DNA of 63,978 bases, filler included, from Dimargaris cristalligena (Eukaryota), in assembly GCA_003614675.1 (NCBI GenBank). It is 4 parts of 4 records of this genome, joined end to end, with 100 filler letters (N's around TTAATTAATTAA, not from the genome) between each part and the next. Parts side by side here need not be neighbours in the genome. Positions count along the whole stretch, not along the records: positions 33,044 to 49,462 come from ML002851.1; positions 49,563 to 63,978 come from ML002952.1; 2 more parts are not named here. One strand, 5' to 3'. Position numbers and translations under genes: made by a program. The notes under the pieces were generated by a model. It worked only from the letters and a program-made list of their open reading frames with translations, was not told the DNA's origin and did not search any database. Shown here piece after piece: positions 45,685 to 58,446 of the stretch. Every line of letters begins with the position of its first letter. Positions within the stretch are counted from its first letter, which is position 1.

Positions 45685-48600
45685 GGTTGATGAGCACAAT
45701 CAACCGATAATCAATCTAAAGTATGCTCAAATGAAATTAAATATATAGATATAAAATATACCCAGAGGATAGTTAGCAATTTGAAAGGATTATATTACTA
45801 GAAGCCACCTTAACAGGGGTACGATTCTCTCTTACCAGTGCGGGCGTAGCGGGGTTTACCTTGATTATTGATGAGCTGAGACTTTGAATATTAAGTAGAT
45901 AAAAATTATTAAGTAGATGCTAATGGTGGTGAATTGAGATGATGTACGACCTTATCGGTATTTATATAGAGGTTTTGGTTTCTGTCCCTTGGCCATTGGG
46001 CATGCGATTCTCAGGTTTGGACAATATGTTCAACGGTTTATTGGGAAAGCGTGATAGTAAAATGATGGGCATGTTATGATGTCGCTCTAGCTGTGTCCTA
46101 CCAGAACCATAATTATTGTGATATTGCGTTGGATTTCTAAAATAGAGGGATATTGTCGGATAAATAACCTAGCTATTAGGCAAGGAAAATTATAGTTGGG
46201 CCCTAACGAACCGTTATGGTTAAATGGAAAATTGAGGATCAAAAGATTGTCATAAACGGGTCAGTGAGACATTCAGTGATTTTCAAGCATCTGAGAGAAA
46301 TTTTATAACTTATTAGAATAAATAATTGGATCAACCTACTTATGATAAGGAAATCCAAAATCTAACTAAATGGTGTGCTGCTAATGCGACCGTTGGGTTC
46401 TTTCATTGCAATCACCCCCGCCGGGCCAGAATCGCACAGCTGCCAGCGTAATAGACTATCCAGATATCCCCAAGATTTATAGGGCATGGTACACATATTA
46501 TCCTGGGTGCTTTATGGCTTGATAAAATAATATATACCTATCTAGAAATCCCCCACTTGATGGCGCCAAAGACCCCCCCCCCTACTCGGCCCAATCATTG
46601 AACTGGCTGACAAGGTGGCTTGTTAGAAATGGCTTCTACCATTAATGATTACTTGGAGAGTGTTCCCATGGAATCCGATGGTTTGTCCGTAAATAGGTGC
46701 ATTCAATCCCGACCTATTCAGGGTAATCCAATTCCCAGCAATAAATATATTGACTGGTGCTAATTAGTACCTACCGGAAGCTTAACATATCAGGAAATGG
46801 ATGGACAATGTACATTGGCTCTCGGAAATGAAGATCCGTTACCATCCAGGCTAAGGTATTATCACCCATTGGGACAAGTGTGGGGTGGACGGATAATGGA
46901 ATATAACAAATACCAATTCCTCTACGACAGTTATTGGAGAGGACATGTCCCCCTCTGTACCTCTGAGAAAATATGACTGTATGACCCGAAATTCTACTCC
47001 GCCAGCTAACGCGAAGACGTCCCCAATAAACAATGGTTGGCTTGCCCGGCCACCAATGATAAAAAATTACTCAAACCATTCAGGAAATTACGCAACGCCT
47101 AGAAAAGGCGGAGCCGGCGAGGCACTGCTTTATTATCTTGTGGGCAAAGTAAGCCTAAATTGTATTTCGGTGATTAAACAAGCCAAGCGGTTTCAATAAG
47201 TGATGTATTCATTATCGGCGACTTCTTACAGTCCTCCCAGGGTAGCACTGCCGCTACTACTACTTGGGTCATAATAGATTAAAAATTTAGAGGGAACGCA
47301 ATCCCGTATTTCGGAATGGAGTATGGAAATAGGCTGCTAACAATGTGATACCGTATGTTAAGATATCGGGTAAAATTAGCCACCACACGAGCCTATAAAG
47401 AACGATTCCCCGCGCCAACTGAAGAACCCAAGCAGCAGATTGGGGGGATGACCACCCTGTATGCCCCATTCACAAGTTAACGCATACCTGCGTCAGACTC
47501 CCCAGAAACCGTTCATCCCACCTTCGCTCGGAATTATTCTTCAATTGGTGTAGATGATTGACTTTACCACTGTTAATCACTGTACGCCTCATCTCGAAAA
47601 TATACTGGTATTTTGGGGAAGAGTACTAGGAAGAATCTTTGAAAACATACAGCAATCTAAGAGCAGCTTCCCCAAGGCACGAAAGATAGTATCTAGCATT
47701 AACTTCGAAAATAAATATGATAATCTACCGGGGCCGCGTTTCGTTGATAGATAGTTTATCCTAAACCGCCATTTGGCTGATGAATGTGTTTTATAAGAGC
47801 ATCTCCAGAGAAGCTGGGAACCTTTTTGCAGATTATCCATATTTGAAACTGATTGACGACCAAAAATATTTTTCTAATTGCTACTGCAACCGGGGGTTGG
47901 CCGCCACCATTCAGAGGCGAGAGGTCGATCCCCCCATAATACTCCCTACCCAGGCGAGGGGGACTTGCGGGACTATGGCGTGGTCAGTGTGAACCCGCTG
48001 GAGGAGAGCTTCCTTACCCTAACGGCACAAGAATGACACCTCATCTCAGAGGAATAATACATGCCGCCCCGAGCGGCCAACTAATATTTTTTTTCTTTGA
48101 AATAAATACATATTACTTTTACATTTAGTTTGATCTAGCTAACATTTAGTTACCTGCCCTACTCAGCATACTTAGTCATTTTTTTATAGTTAGTTTGGCT
48201 CAACTCGACACGCTTGGATAACTTACCTGCCGACTTGTATTACCACCATTCTATGTATACCGATTGGCCAGGCCCAAGGTAGTGCCTAGCTAAAATATAT
48301 ATTTTCTGGAGAATTCGCACGTCAGTAGAACAAGGCCCGCATTGTGTCCCACTCTCGACCGCCCATTATGGCACTAAGTAACCTCTTACAAGAAACACGT
48401 AAATATATTGCGATTGAGACATACCCTGTATTTTGCTGCTGGCACTCTAATGCCCTACCATCTTCACACAAGTATTGTTCGAATTTGTGACCTCCCCAGA
48501 ATATATATCATCATTTACTAGAAGTCCAATGGTACTTTCCTGCCTCAGGCATGCAACCATATTATCCGGTCTTTTAAAAAAACAAACTGTTAGGCTACCA

Positions 48601-49462
48601 AGAGATAGAACAGGTGGGGGCGTAGGTGATCGTCAAAGGCAATAGTTCCATTGGCTGCAAATAATCCAGGTTAACTAGAAATAATCTCTATTGCAGCTTT
48701 AATAATGCCCAGCTATAAATTCAACGTAGACTTTTAGTAACCAATATTAATAATTCGGGGTTGAATCAGCCTACAAAATATTTCTGAAAAGCCTTCAAAT
48801 TTAACATATTTTTCTATCATTTATAGCAAAAATAAAATTCATGGACTGTTGTGCTGCTGATAACTTAATATGGTAATAGAGGTAATTAGATTTATTCCAA
48901 GTAATAGTAATGGTAATAGTCGCAGGTTAATTCCAGTACGACCGCTGATAGTAATTGTTTTAGAAGATATAGGAAAAATCGAGGTCCGGAAAGGAATCCC
49001 CGTTCACCCTGTGGGGAACAATATGATTATATATATGGATTATTACAACTGCAATTGTATAATTATATTAATAAAGGACTACGGTATACCCAAGGTATGT
49101 AGTCATAAAGTTTGTAATCCTAGTTAGAGAATGAATAGTAGAAATATAGGTTTGAATATTAAAGGAATGGTAAAACTTTCGGGGCTCGTGCTCTTTTGGA
49201 GGGAAGGTCCGAGACTAGAAAGTTTAGTTGTTGTATTGATAGGGCCACTAGACTCATCCCAGTCCGGCCACAACAGGACTGTTGTGATGTGGCAGAGCGA
49301 CTTATATAATAACAGGCGTAAATGTCTTATAATCAAAGAGATAGTAGAGTCGAACCTTAAGAATAACTAAGACAACTGTAGGTAAAACTACCGGTACAGT
49401 TCAGAAGAATGAAAAAAGAGATGTTTTATTAAGAGTTGCGATTCTTGGAGGTATTTATACTT

Positions 49463-49562
49463 NNNNNNNNNNNNNNNNNNNNNNNNNNNNNNNNNNNNNN
49501 NNNNNNTTAATTAATTAANNNNNNNNNNNNNNNNNNNNNNNNNNNNNNNNNNNNNNNNNNNN
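49463..49562. other. Artificial contig spacer
   Basis: N44-TTAATTAATTAA-N44. Confidence 0.97.
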
Positions 49563-50253
49563 GTAACCTAGGATAGTACGACCTATGGAATAATTTAACA
49601 CCATTGGTTTCACTACTATATTTTTCCCCGCTATAGCCTACTTATACACCATATCCCTCCTGTCAGTAGTGACAAAATCGTTAGAGCCCGCGACACCCAA
49701 AGTATTCGGCCATTAGGAGGCCTATTCCGACTAGGGGGGAAATGATCATAGTAATTTATATAACCACCGAACCACTGAGGCATTATCCGATTTTACAAAT
49801 AAATTATCAGGATTAAAAATAAACGAAAAACAACAACAACAAAACAGGGCAATTGAAATGTCCAAGACTGAATCGTCTTAAAAAACTTAAGAAAACGCTA
49901 TACAAAATTACTCGATAAAAAAAATAGTCAAAGAGGTAAAAACCAATAAATTAAAGCGCGAGCGATTGGGAGAGGAAGGTGAAGAAAAATGGCAGACAGT
50001 TAAAGCATAAATTATGACATGAAATAAAACTAAACCGAAATAACTGTTGTTATACAAAATTGATCCAGACGAGAGACTAATAGAAAAAAAACAAATCCAA
50101 AGGAAATAGAAACTGAAGGCTATCTATAATATAGGGGAAGTGGGGAGGGGAAAAAGTAGTACGGTAGAGTATCAATCTCTACGGTTAAAATAGTAATATT
50201 GGGAATAGTAAATAAGATAATAAGGGTGAGGGGTGCGGTCAATGTTCAGAGAA

Positions 50254-52467
50254 TTATGAATTAAAGCCGGGGTGGGAATTAAAAGGGATCGAATTAAGGG
50301 CGGCAGACGGAGAAGTGGGCGATAGTAAGCCTGCAGTGGAACGTCCGATGGACTGGGACGCGGGTGAGAGCGACAAAGGCGGGGAATGGAGTCCATTAAT
50401 AAGTCCATGGTCGGAGGCGGGATTATAGTTTCCGCGGGAAGGATCGGTACTTGCCAGGAAGAGCGCGGCGGACGATGACAGAGGAGCAGAGGGTGGGTCA
50501 CGAAGGGAGAGGTTGGGCCCTATTGCATTGGACTGGGTGTACAGAGTAGTCGGGGACGTGGGCTGGCTTCCCCGGGCCGGTGTATAAACAGGGGGACGGT
50601 GGTGGAACGTACCTTGAGCGGAAGGGAGGACATCTCCACCGCCGGGGTGAGGGTGAGGGATGCCACTACTACCGGAATTAAAAGAGGCTCGGTGGTGGTA
50701 GCCATTGGGGCCGACCGGGTATTCCTCATGGCCCCCCGCACCTGGACCCGGCAGTTGCACATACAATGGGTTGGTGGATCCATTAGGGTAGTAGCCGGAA
50801 ATCGAGTGACGGTGGGTCGCGGCACCTGGCGGTGGTTGCTGTTTGTTGGGCTGGGAGTGAGGGGGGCCGTGGTGGGTAGTTCTACCGCCATGGTAATGGG
50901 TCGTCGGACTCTTAATGACAGGGGCTGATGGGTGGTGGCTATGGTGGCTCGATGAATGGTAGTGATGGTTGGTTGAGTGCGGACCAGAAAGGTGGTGACT
51001 GTGGCTGTGGCTGTGGCTATGGTTCTGGTGGTGGTGGTGGTGGTGGTAGGTAGCAGTTGCCAAAGCAGGGTTGGGATTATCACCAATCTTCAGGAAGTCC
51101 TCTAGCAGCGTACTGCAGGAGGGGGCCTCGAGGAATATTTTCAGCATTTGACGGCCGGGGCCTTCGGGAATTTCCTGGGTATCCCGGCTGTTGGTGATGG
51201 GCTTATTGTTATTATTCGCCAGCAGAATATGGCGGATGTAGATGTTGGCGATGTCCTTGGCGAAAGTCCAGCGGACCTGGAAGACACCGTTCCATTTGTC
51301 CTGGGCCCATACGGTGCTGCGGCGGGAGAGATCCACCTCGGACTGCATCTCGGCCATGCCACAGAACCTGCCGCTGGCATTCACACTGAAGAAGAGGTAG
51401 GTGGGGCCATGGGGGCGATTCTCTCGGAAGGCCTTATCCAGGCGCTTGTTGCCCATGTCGGTACTAGCCCAAATGTGGTGCTTCAGCGACCGACGGAGGT
51501 CGAGTTCGCTGTTGGATTTGATAACGAAGTAGCGGGCATGCATAGGCGCAATGTCGAAGTCCGGTTGGTTGATACCCAGGGAAGCTAACTTGGCGGGGGC
51601 CAGGATGGCACTGGTGGGTGGAATCACGACGGGCGGGGATGGGGCCAAGTGACCGGTGGTGGGGGCTGCATAGGGACCTAACGGAAAGTGATGGGCGAGG
51701 GAAGCGGAAAGGGGTCGATCGTCACGGGCCGACGGAAGAGCGGAGGCTAGTGACCCAAGGTCCAGTAGGGAAGAAGCCGAGGAGTCGCGATGGAGGCCAT
51801 GATTCCGGGATAAATCAATACCTGAGGAGGGGGAGTGCAGGGAGAGGCCGTGGCCAGTAGGACTAATTGGGGTAGGGTGGCTAGCGTGGAGGTTAGGCGC
51901 CGAATCGAACAGTGAGAGTGGTCGTTGGGAGGACGGAAGATCGCCCGGGAGAGGCCCTCCTAGTCGGGCAGCGGTGGTCTCGCCAATGCCAAGGCGCTGG
52001 AGGAGCGAAGGGGGGCGCGGACCGGATAGTTGCAGGCCAGTTGGTGAACACGGCGAATTGAAACTGGGTGGCCGAATATCGTGGCTGGAGTCGGGCCAAA
52101 AGTCGCTGATGGTACGTTCCCGACTGTAGCCGGAGATATCGGGTAGGGTGGGTGATAAAGCGGACAGGCGACTGGCGGCTAGTGAGGTGGAACCGGTAGG
52201 GTTTGGTGAAAAGGCCTGGGCGATCTCGGAGGGGGAGAAGTGGGAGAATACCCCGGCGGACGCGGGCTCACGTTCGGCAGGAGGAAGGGTCAGGGGAGCA
52301 GGCTTGGCGGTCATGGGTAGATCCAGCCATGACGGAGACGGCTTAGGAGCTGGCCGCGTGGACTCCAGAGGGGCGGGTTGTTGTCGGGAGCCGTTGGCCG
52401 ACGCCAGAGGTTTGCTAGAGGTCGACAGGGAAGCCTTAGACCAGGGCTGCGGTGCTGAGCCAGCCAT
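50254..52467 (-). CDS. YTH-domain m6A RNA reader (YTHDF/Pho92-like), ~737 aa
   Basis: ARYFVIKSNSELDLRRSLKHHIWASTDMGNKRLD...LFFSVNASGRFCGMAEM...VWAQDKWNGVFQVRW...KPITNSRDTQEI. First ATG at 52467; Ser/Pro-rich N-terminus and His-rich C-terminus. Confidence 0.93.
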   Translation of the reverse strand: MAGSAPQPWSKASLSTSSKPLASANGSRQQPAPLESTRPAPKPSPSWLDLPMTAKPAPLTLPPAEREPASAGVFSHFSPSEIAQAFSPNPTGSTSLAASRLSALSPTLPDISGYSRERTISDFWPDSSHDIRPPSFNSPCSPTGLQLSGPRPPSLLQRLGIGETTAARLGGPLPGDLPSSQRPLSLFDSAPNLHASHPTPISPTGHGLSLHSPSSGIDLSRNHGLHRDSSASSLLDLGSLASALPSARDDRPLSASLAHHFPLGPYAAPTTGHLAPSPPVVIPPTSAILAPAKLASLGINQPDFDIAPMHARYFVIKSNSELDLRRSLKHHIWASTDMGNKRLDKAFRENRPHGPTYLFFSVNASGRFCGMAEMQSEVDLSRRSTVWAQDKWNGVFQVRWTFAKDIANIYIRHILLANNNNKPITNSRDTQEIPEGPGRQMLKIFLEAPSCSTLLEDFLKIGDNPNPALATATYHHHHHHQNHSHSHSHSHHLSGPHSTNHHYHSSSHHSHHPSAPVIKSPTTHYHGGRTTHHGPPHSQPNKQQPPPGAATHRHSISGYYPNGSTNPLYVQLPGPGAGGHEEYPVGPNGYHHRASFNSGSSGIPHPHPGGGDVLPSAQGTFHHRPPVYTPARGSQPTSPTTLYTQSNAIGPNLSLRDPPSAPLSSSAALFLASTDPSRGNYNPASDHGLINGLHSPPLSLSPASQSIGRSTAGLLSPTSPSAALNSIPFNSHPGFNS

Positions 52468-53586
52468 GTTACGGGTGGGTGGGGTTAATACTATATAGCA
52501 GGGGGTGTGAGCGCTACTACACTTTAGAACAGGAGAGGAATACGGTGGGCCACTGGGCTCGAATGGGCTAGGCCGAGAGCCAGGATCAAGGAACAGCCAG
52601 GCCACACGAAGCGACGGGTTGGAGCACGAAGACTGCGGAGGAGAATGGAGGCCAAACGAGGAAATAAACGAATGCAAGAACAAAATAATAATATATAAAC
52701 GAATAAAGGAGGGAGAGAGAGAGGGGCACAGCAGCGGGGCCTAAGAAAAGCAAAGGAGGGTTTTGTTGGATATATGCAATAAATAGTCTCTATGAGGAGA
52801 GCAGTAAATAGGTGGTTGTTTTTCCCTTCTTCCTTCCTCAGTTATGGCGGCTGGCCCATTCCACCAGATCAACAACGAGCTAAACTTTCAGAGAGACGAT
52901 AGGTCGGGTTTTAGACAACGGGGAGAGCTGGCTGAGTTGTTGGGAGCGGGACATTCTTTCTCTTGCTCTATTTATATAGATAAATAACATGCGCTATTTC
53001 CATTCGGCGTTTCTTTTCAATCTCTAGTTGTATTATCTATACTACTACTACTATTAATGATAATAGCATATCATTATAATATCACTACAATATAATCATA
53101 ATAACTCCTTATTATTGTAAGGAGCCACAGCGAGGGTTGTCGTTTTGTATGCGTGATTGCCACGGCTCCGGGATTCATAGTGGTTTTGTGGGCGATGAGA
53201 GAGCTCTTCCGCAAGGTATTTCTCTGCAGGGGTGCCAATTCTCTTATTGCATACACAGAGAGAAGAACACTCCTCTCCTCTCCTCTCATTATCCTAGGCC
53301 AGTTTAATCTCCCAGGGCAACTGGCCGACCCATCCCACTCATCTGTTCCGGGATTCGCCGCAGCAAAGCCCCTCTCATTAGTAGTGGTGATTCGCCCCAA
53401 TATACTAAATAAATCCTAGTGGTATGTATGGGTAGTAAAAATAGTCCGCCGGATCGGCCACCACCAGGGAGAGTCACTACTATTCCATTGCTCAAGTCGG
53501 GCCTTTTCGATCCGAGCTCCTTCACTCGTGTCCCCATTTCCCTACATATTCCTTTGTTGCATACCGAGTTCTCCGCTAGCCTAGCA

Positions 53587-55591
53587 ATGCTGTCTCTGTC
53601 TCTCTGTCCGCTAAGGTCCACCTCCTCCGCCGCCTGGGCCCAGTCCCGCCGGGGTTTCGCCGCGACCCTTCGCGTAGGTTCTACCACCCGCTCTCTCCAC
53701 CACCATACCCGTCAGTCCCGTTTCCCGGAGCGGACCGCTACTCGCCTAGGTACTTTACCGAGCGTCGCCCGCATTCCGGCCCTCCGCACCCCAGGCACTA
53801 CTACCCCTTGGTCGTTGCTGGCCCGTCGCTTCCAGTCCACGTCCACCGTTGCTCCCCCGCCCGCTGCCGAAGGCTCCTCCCAATCGACTCCACCCCCGCC
53901 CAAGGCGTCTGACAAGGCTGTAGGCTACTGGCTCCTCGCGTCCGCCGCTTCGGTCTTCGGTATCGTGGTCTGGGGCGGGGTGACGCGTTTGACCGAGAGC
54001 GGCCTTTCGATTGTCGAGTGGAACCTGATCCGCGGTATGAAGCCCCCGACGAGCCAGGCGGAATGGGAGGTTGAGTTTGACAAGTATAAGCAGTTTCCCG
54101 AATATAAGAGGTGGGCAACCGTTTGGGAACGGCTTACTCGTTTGATTATGTTTCAGCTGTTGGTGACCTACTGGTATTATCGCCCCCACTTTGATCTTAC
54201 CGGCCGTGATGCTCTCGAGGTCTGGGTGACCCTGGACGAGCTCTATCGGGATATCTGGTGGGGGGAGGGGGGCATCTACCCGGCATCGCCGAATGGATTT
54301 CCCCCCCTGGCCAGCTCCGATTATAGTGTATGAGCCATGTACGGTCTTGGACAACTAAACCACCTTACTTTGGTATGTGCTTTCTCCTATCAACCCACTA
54401 CTGCCCCCATCTCTCTCTCTTTCTCTCTCTGCTGCCACTGTCTAGATTAAACCAGCACATGACGCTAGATGAATTCAAATTCATCTTTTTCATGGAGTGG
54501 GGCCATCGTATCTGGGGCCGCCTCATCGGCCTGACTTTTATCCTGCCTGCTTCGTTCTTTGCCTATAAAGGCTGGATGACCCCTGGCATTAAGAAGAGCG
54601 TCATCGGTATCGCCGCTATGATCTGCTTCCAGGTAAGCATACGTCTTAAACCCCCCCCTCCAATATGGCTAATATACAGCTTGGCCGGCCGCTCGAGTCT
54701 CTCTCTCTCTCTCTCTCTCTCTACCCCTTCCTATCCCTCACCACTACTAACCGGACTGCCCCTTTCGGATATTCCTATTGACACTCTCTGCCGCGACATA
54801 CGAATTCCTACTCCTTCTTGGCCCCGTTCCTCCAGGGTGCCCTAGGTTGGTATATGGTCAAGTCTGGACTCGACCACGCGCTAATGGAAACCCCCGGGGC
54901 CGTCCCCCGCGTCAGCCAGTACCGCCTGTCGGCCCATCTGGGCAGCGCCTTCGTCATCTACACCGCCATGGTCGCCGCGGGCTTGAACGTGTTCTTCCAG
55001 AACAGTTTGCTTGACAACCGCATGGGTCAGGTTACCAGGCTCGTCAACAGCTCGGCCGTCAACAGCCTGCGCCACTCGGCCCACGGCCTGGTCATGCTCG
55101 TCTTCTTCACTGCCCTCTCGGGTGCTTTCGTGGCGGGCCTGGATGCGGGTCTGCTTTACGATACGTTCCCTCTCATGGGCGGTCGTTTGGTTCCGCCCAC
55201 CGAGGACCTGTGGAGCCCCGAATTTTCCAACGAAAAGAAACAGGTGTTGCCCGGTAAGGGTCTACCGACCGATTTCCAGCCCACGGGTATGTGGAAGAAT
55301 ATCTTCGAGAACCCCACCACTGTCCAGTTTAACCACCGGGTCCTGGCCATGACCACCTTTACCGCCGTGACGGCCATCTACCTGATGGGTCGCCGGCTGG
55401 CCCTGCCCCGCTCGGTGCGCGTTACTCTGAATACCCTCATGTCGCTGGCGTTGGTCCAGGTGGGTTTGGGCATTTCGACCCTGCTGTATTCCGTGCCCAC
55501 GGAATTGGCCGCGGCCCACCAGGCCGGCTCGCTCTCGCTATTGACTGCTGCTATTACCTTGATGCATTTCCTCAAGCGTGTTCCGAAATAG
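53587..55591 (+). CDS. COX15: Heme A synthase Cox15, 3 exons, ~488 aa
   Basis: Exons 53587-54110, 54446-54632 and 54836-55591. Arg/Ser-rich presequence, [56 protein letters not shown] and AAAHQAG. Confidence 0.97.
54699..54722 (+). repeat. (CT)n microsatellite in COX15 intron 2
   Basis: About 12 CT units read directly. Confidence 0.85.
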
Positions 55592-55936
55592 AAACATCCC
55601 ACGGGCTGGCTTTAGAGGAATCAATTGCATTGTTGCCTCTTTTTATATACATTTGGTTTCCCCCTTTCCACCATAGTCCAAAGTTTACCATTAAAATCGA
55701 CCCGCCATTATATATGCCACCTAACGCACCTCGATTGCTTCCTCTCGGCCAGGCGTTTTCCTAGCAAGTACTTAACCGGGGCGACCTAGACCTTAGAAAA
55801 AAGCGACTCCCCCCACTTACTATACCGCACACCCTAAAAACCTCCTCACCATTTTTCGGGGCTATCCTAGCAGTAGCTCGAGGTCCCTAGTCCATTTACG
55901 CGTACGTTTTAGTCAGTTTTGAGCCGCCTGTTTTAG

Positions 55937-56080
55937 ATATGGAAGAAATTCAAACCAGCTGTATAAGGTTTTACATAATACGTGTATGGACGAATATATT
56001 TGAGAATAGCTTTTAACCAGTAATATTGGCCTCATTCAATGGATTTTTCGTTATACAGCCAGATTGAACTTCTCCCATAT
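55937..56080. mobile_element. MITE family copy 6, complete (144 bp, ~30-bp imperfect TIRs, TA flanks)
   Basis: Left end ATATGGAAGAAATTCAAACCAGCTGTATAA versus reverse complement of right end ATATGGGAGAAGTTCAATCTGGCTGTATAA. TA|TGG...CCA|TA fits a Tc1/mariner-type TA target duplication. Confidence 0.85.
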
Positions 56081-56949
56081 GGTTTTGGCGGTTGTTCCAA
56101 CGGAAAAAGGTAATTCGGCACAGGTACCTGGCCCCGCCTGGGTCACTCCCCTCTTGCCTCCTTCCCAAAATAGGCATTGGTGAATTCATTCATGCCAGCT
56201 TCCCGTAGCTGTTTTGGGCCATTCAGGCCTGCCACTGGGGGAGGACACCAATGCTGGCTCTCCCCCCCCTTCTCTCTCTTATTTTTGATAAAAATCATTT
56301 TAATATACACCCAAACTTGGAGGAAAAGGGGTATGTAATGGGGCCATTAGGTACTACAATGCATCCCTTTTTGCATTCGTCCTCTACTAATCGGCTTGTG
56401 CGTGCGAAAAGTGGTATTACCTTTGTGGTAGGACGTCTACAAGGTCATTCGATGCTAATTAACTTGGGCGGGATTCATTTGGTTTAAATAACCTACAGAC
56501 AGCCTCTTCTCCCCTCCCCTTTCCTCAGTTAGTCATCTTAGTATTTAATTGGTCAAGCGATATCCTTACATGTCCCTAGAAGAGTCCTTGCATTTAGTGA
56601 TGCTGCGCCGTTGTATATCTTATTTTTTTATTCGCATACACTAATTTGATACCTTGCTTCACATATACCCACTTTGCCTTTAATACTATCCAAAGTGGTT
56701 AACTTTTCCTTTATTCCATTCTATTTATTTTGGCTTTAGCTCATTTCCCCCTCACTCAAACCGGGTACCCAATTCTCCGGACCTTCTTATCGATATACAC
56801 CAATTCCTACCTACTATTTGGGCGAGGCACCCGCTCATCACCTTCGTCGAGTCCGTAGTCAGCCTGGCGCGGTATGTCTTATAGCATTTAGCTTGCTATT
56901 TTTGCCGGACAGACTCCCGTCATCTTCAGATATTCCCTTTTAAGCGCCA

Positions 56950-58315
56950 ATGCGAAAGGTCATTTTTTTCGGACTACTCGCCTGTAGCTGGTTAGTAGTA
57001 GCCGCTATTCGAATTAGCCCGGATGCGGCTGAGCAGGCTCCACAGTACTATACATTAACCCTAGGCAGTGGCCTAGACGGGTCAGCGGTTATCCAATCCG
57101 AGCCACAGTTTCAGAATATCGGTAAGTTGTCATAAAAGTGACCATGGTCCATGTCTTTGGCCCTCGACGACCAATCTCTACGCAAGCCCGAGTATATGTT
57201 TTTTGGGGACAGTCTGCCATTGAACATCCGCCGCATAGCCCCTTTCTTTGTGCGCCCTGAGTAGAAATGGGGCTTTCTTGTTGAAGGACGGGGGGGGGGA
57301 TGGATTGTAAAGCCAATTGGCTGGGATAATTATCCATATAATATCTCTCTCCAGGAGTGCTAATTACCTGACGCACCTTTTTATTTGACAACATGTATGG
57401 TTACCGGATTACATAGGCGAGCTGCTAATTGAAGATATTAACAAGGTTCAGTGTCAAATCGACGATACCACCGCCTTGGCCGAGGGCATCCAGCCCATTC
57501 TCGAACTCCACAATCCCCGAAGCCGTGAAATCCTCACCCTCGCCATCTGGGACGAAGGGCACACCAGCCAGCTGGTCTCAGCTATTGTACAAACCCTAGG
57601 TGACTACAAGGTCCGGGCTATTGACATTGACGCCAGTTGGATTAGCCAGAACTCCCTCGGAGAATCGGTCAAGGTCAATAACGGCATCGTCCAAAACTTC
57701 ATTCTCTTTGTACGCCGGTTGCGCGGGTCTCTTAACCAACTTTACCAAGACGCACCGAAACCGACCATTGTCATTACGGTCGGGGCCGTACCCTGGCCCA
57801 ACCACGTCGATTTTCAAAAGACGGTGAACGATGTCGCCGAAGACCTGGATATTTATTTCCGGGTCATTTTACTCCGACCGAACCCCCACAATTTACGTTA
57901 CGATGCCAATCGTCAGCCCGCATCGTATTTGACCAATCTCCCCGCCTCGCAAAAGGACGTGGACGAGTCCACATCTAGTAGTAGCAGCGGTAATGGGAGC
58001 GGTGGCCTGGACAGTGGTGGTGACTACTCACCGAGCCGTAAAGAAAGCAAGGCGCTCATCAATCGCCAGACCAAATTGGCCCAGTCGGATCAGTTTTCGG
58101 CCCACGAAAAAGAGATCAACCTGGCGCAGCAGTGGATAGAAGGTGGCCTATCTGTCGAGCGCCTAGTCATTCGGTACAACTTTCCTATGGAAACGACCAG
58201 CCCCACCCGCAGTCGGGGCCTGGGGGATCGGGAAAACAGTTTATCGAACCTCAACAGCTTTAAAACCCGGTCAACCTATTTCAAACCCTCTGGTAAACAA
58301 TACACCCGCCATTAG
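56950..58315 (+). CDS. Secreted GH18 chitinase-like protein, catalytically degenerate and truncated, 2 exons, ~356 aa
   Basis: Exons 56950-57121 and 57417-58315, in phase. Signal peptide MRKVIFFGLLACSWLVVAA. LVSAIVQTLGDYKVRAIDIDASW, NFILFVRRLRGSL, VAEDLDIY and QQWIEGGLSVERLVI follow the GH18 barrel motif order by eye. The gene model is solid; the family call is tentative. Confidence 0.65.
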
Positions 58316-58446
58316 TAGTAAAAAACATACGGGATTTGGAGTGAGCACTTCTAGTGGTTTAATATTATTTTGTTCATTGAGTAGAATAGGAAGGGTGAAC
58401 CATAATAAATCCTATAACCGAGTGGGTTAACGTAGATTTTCGGAAA

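Noticed and set aside
46480..48050. Patchwork of short plus-strand ORFs, possibly a decayed gene
   Set aside because: I could not assemble a frame or recognise any family.
48850..49462. Possible LTR or retroelement at the contig end (shares AAGTATAAATAC with ~16620 on the opposite strand)
   Set aside because: Only the TATA-like 12-mer is shared; no terminus, PBS or gag similarity seen.
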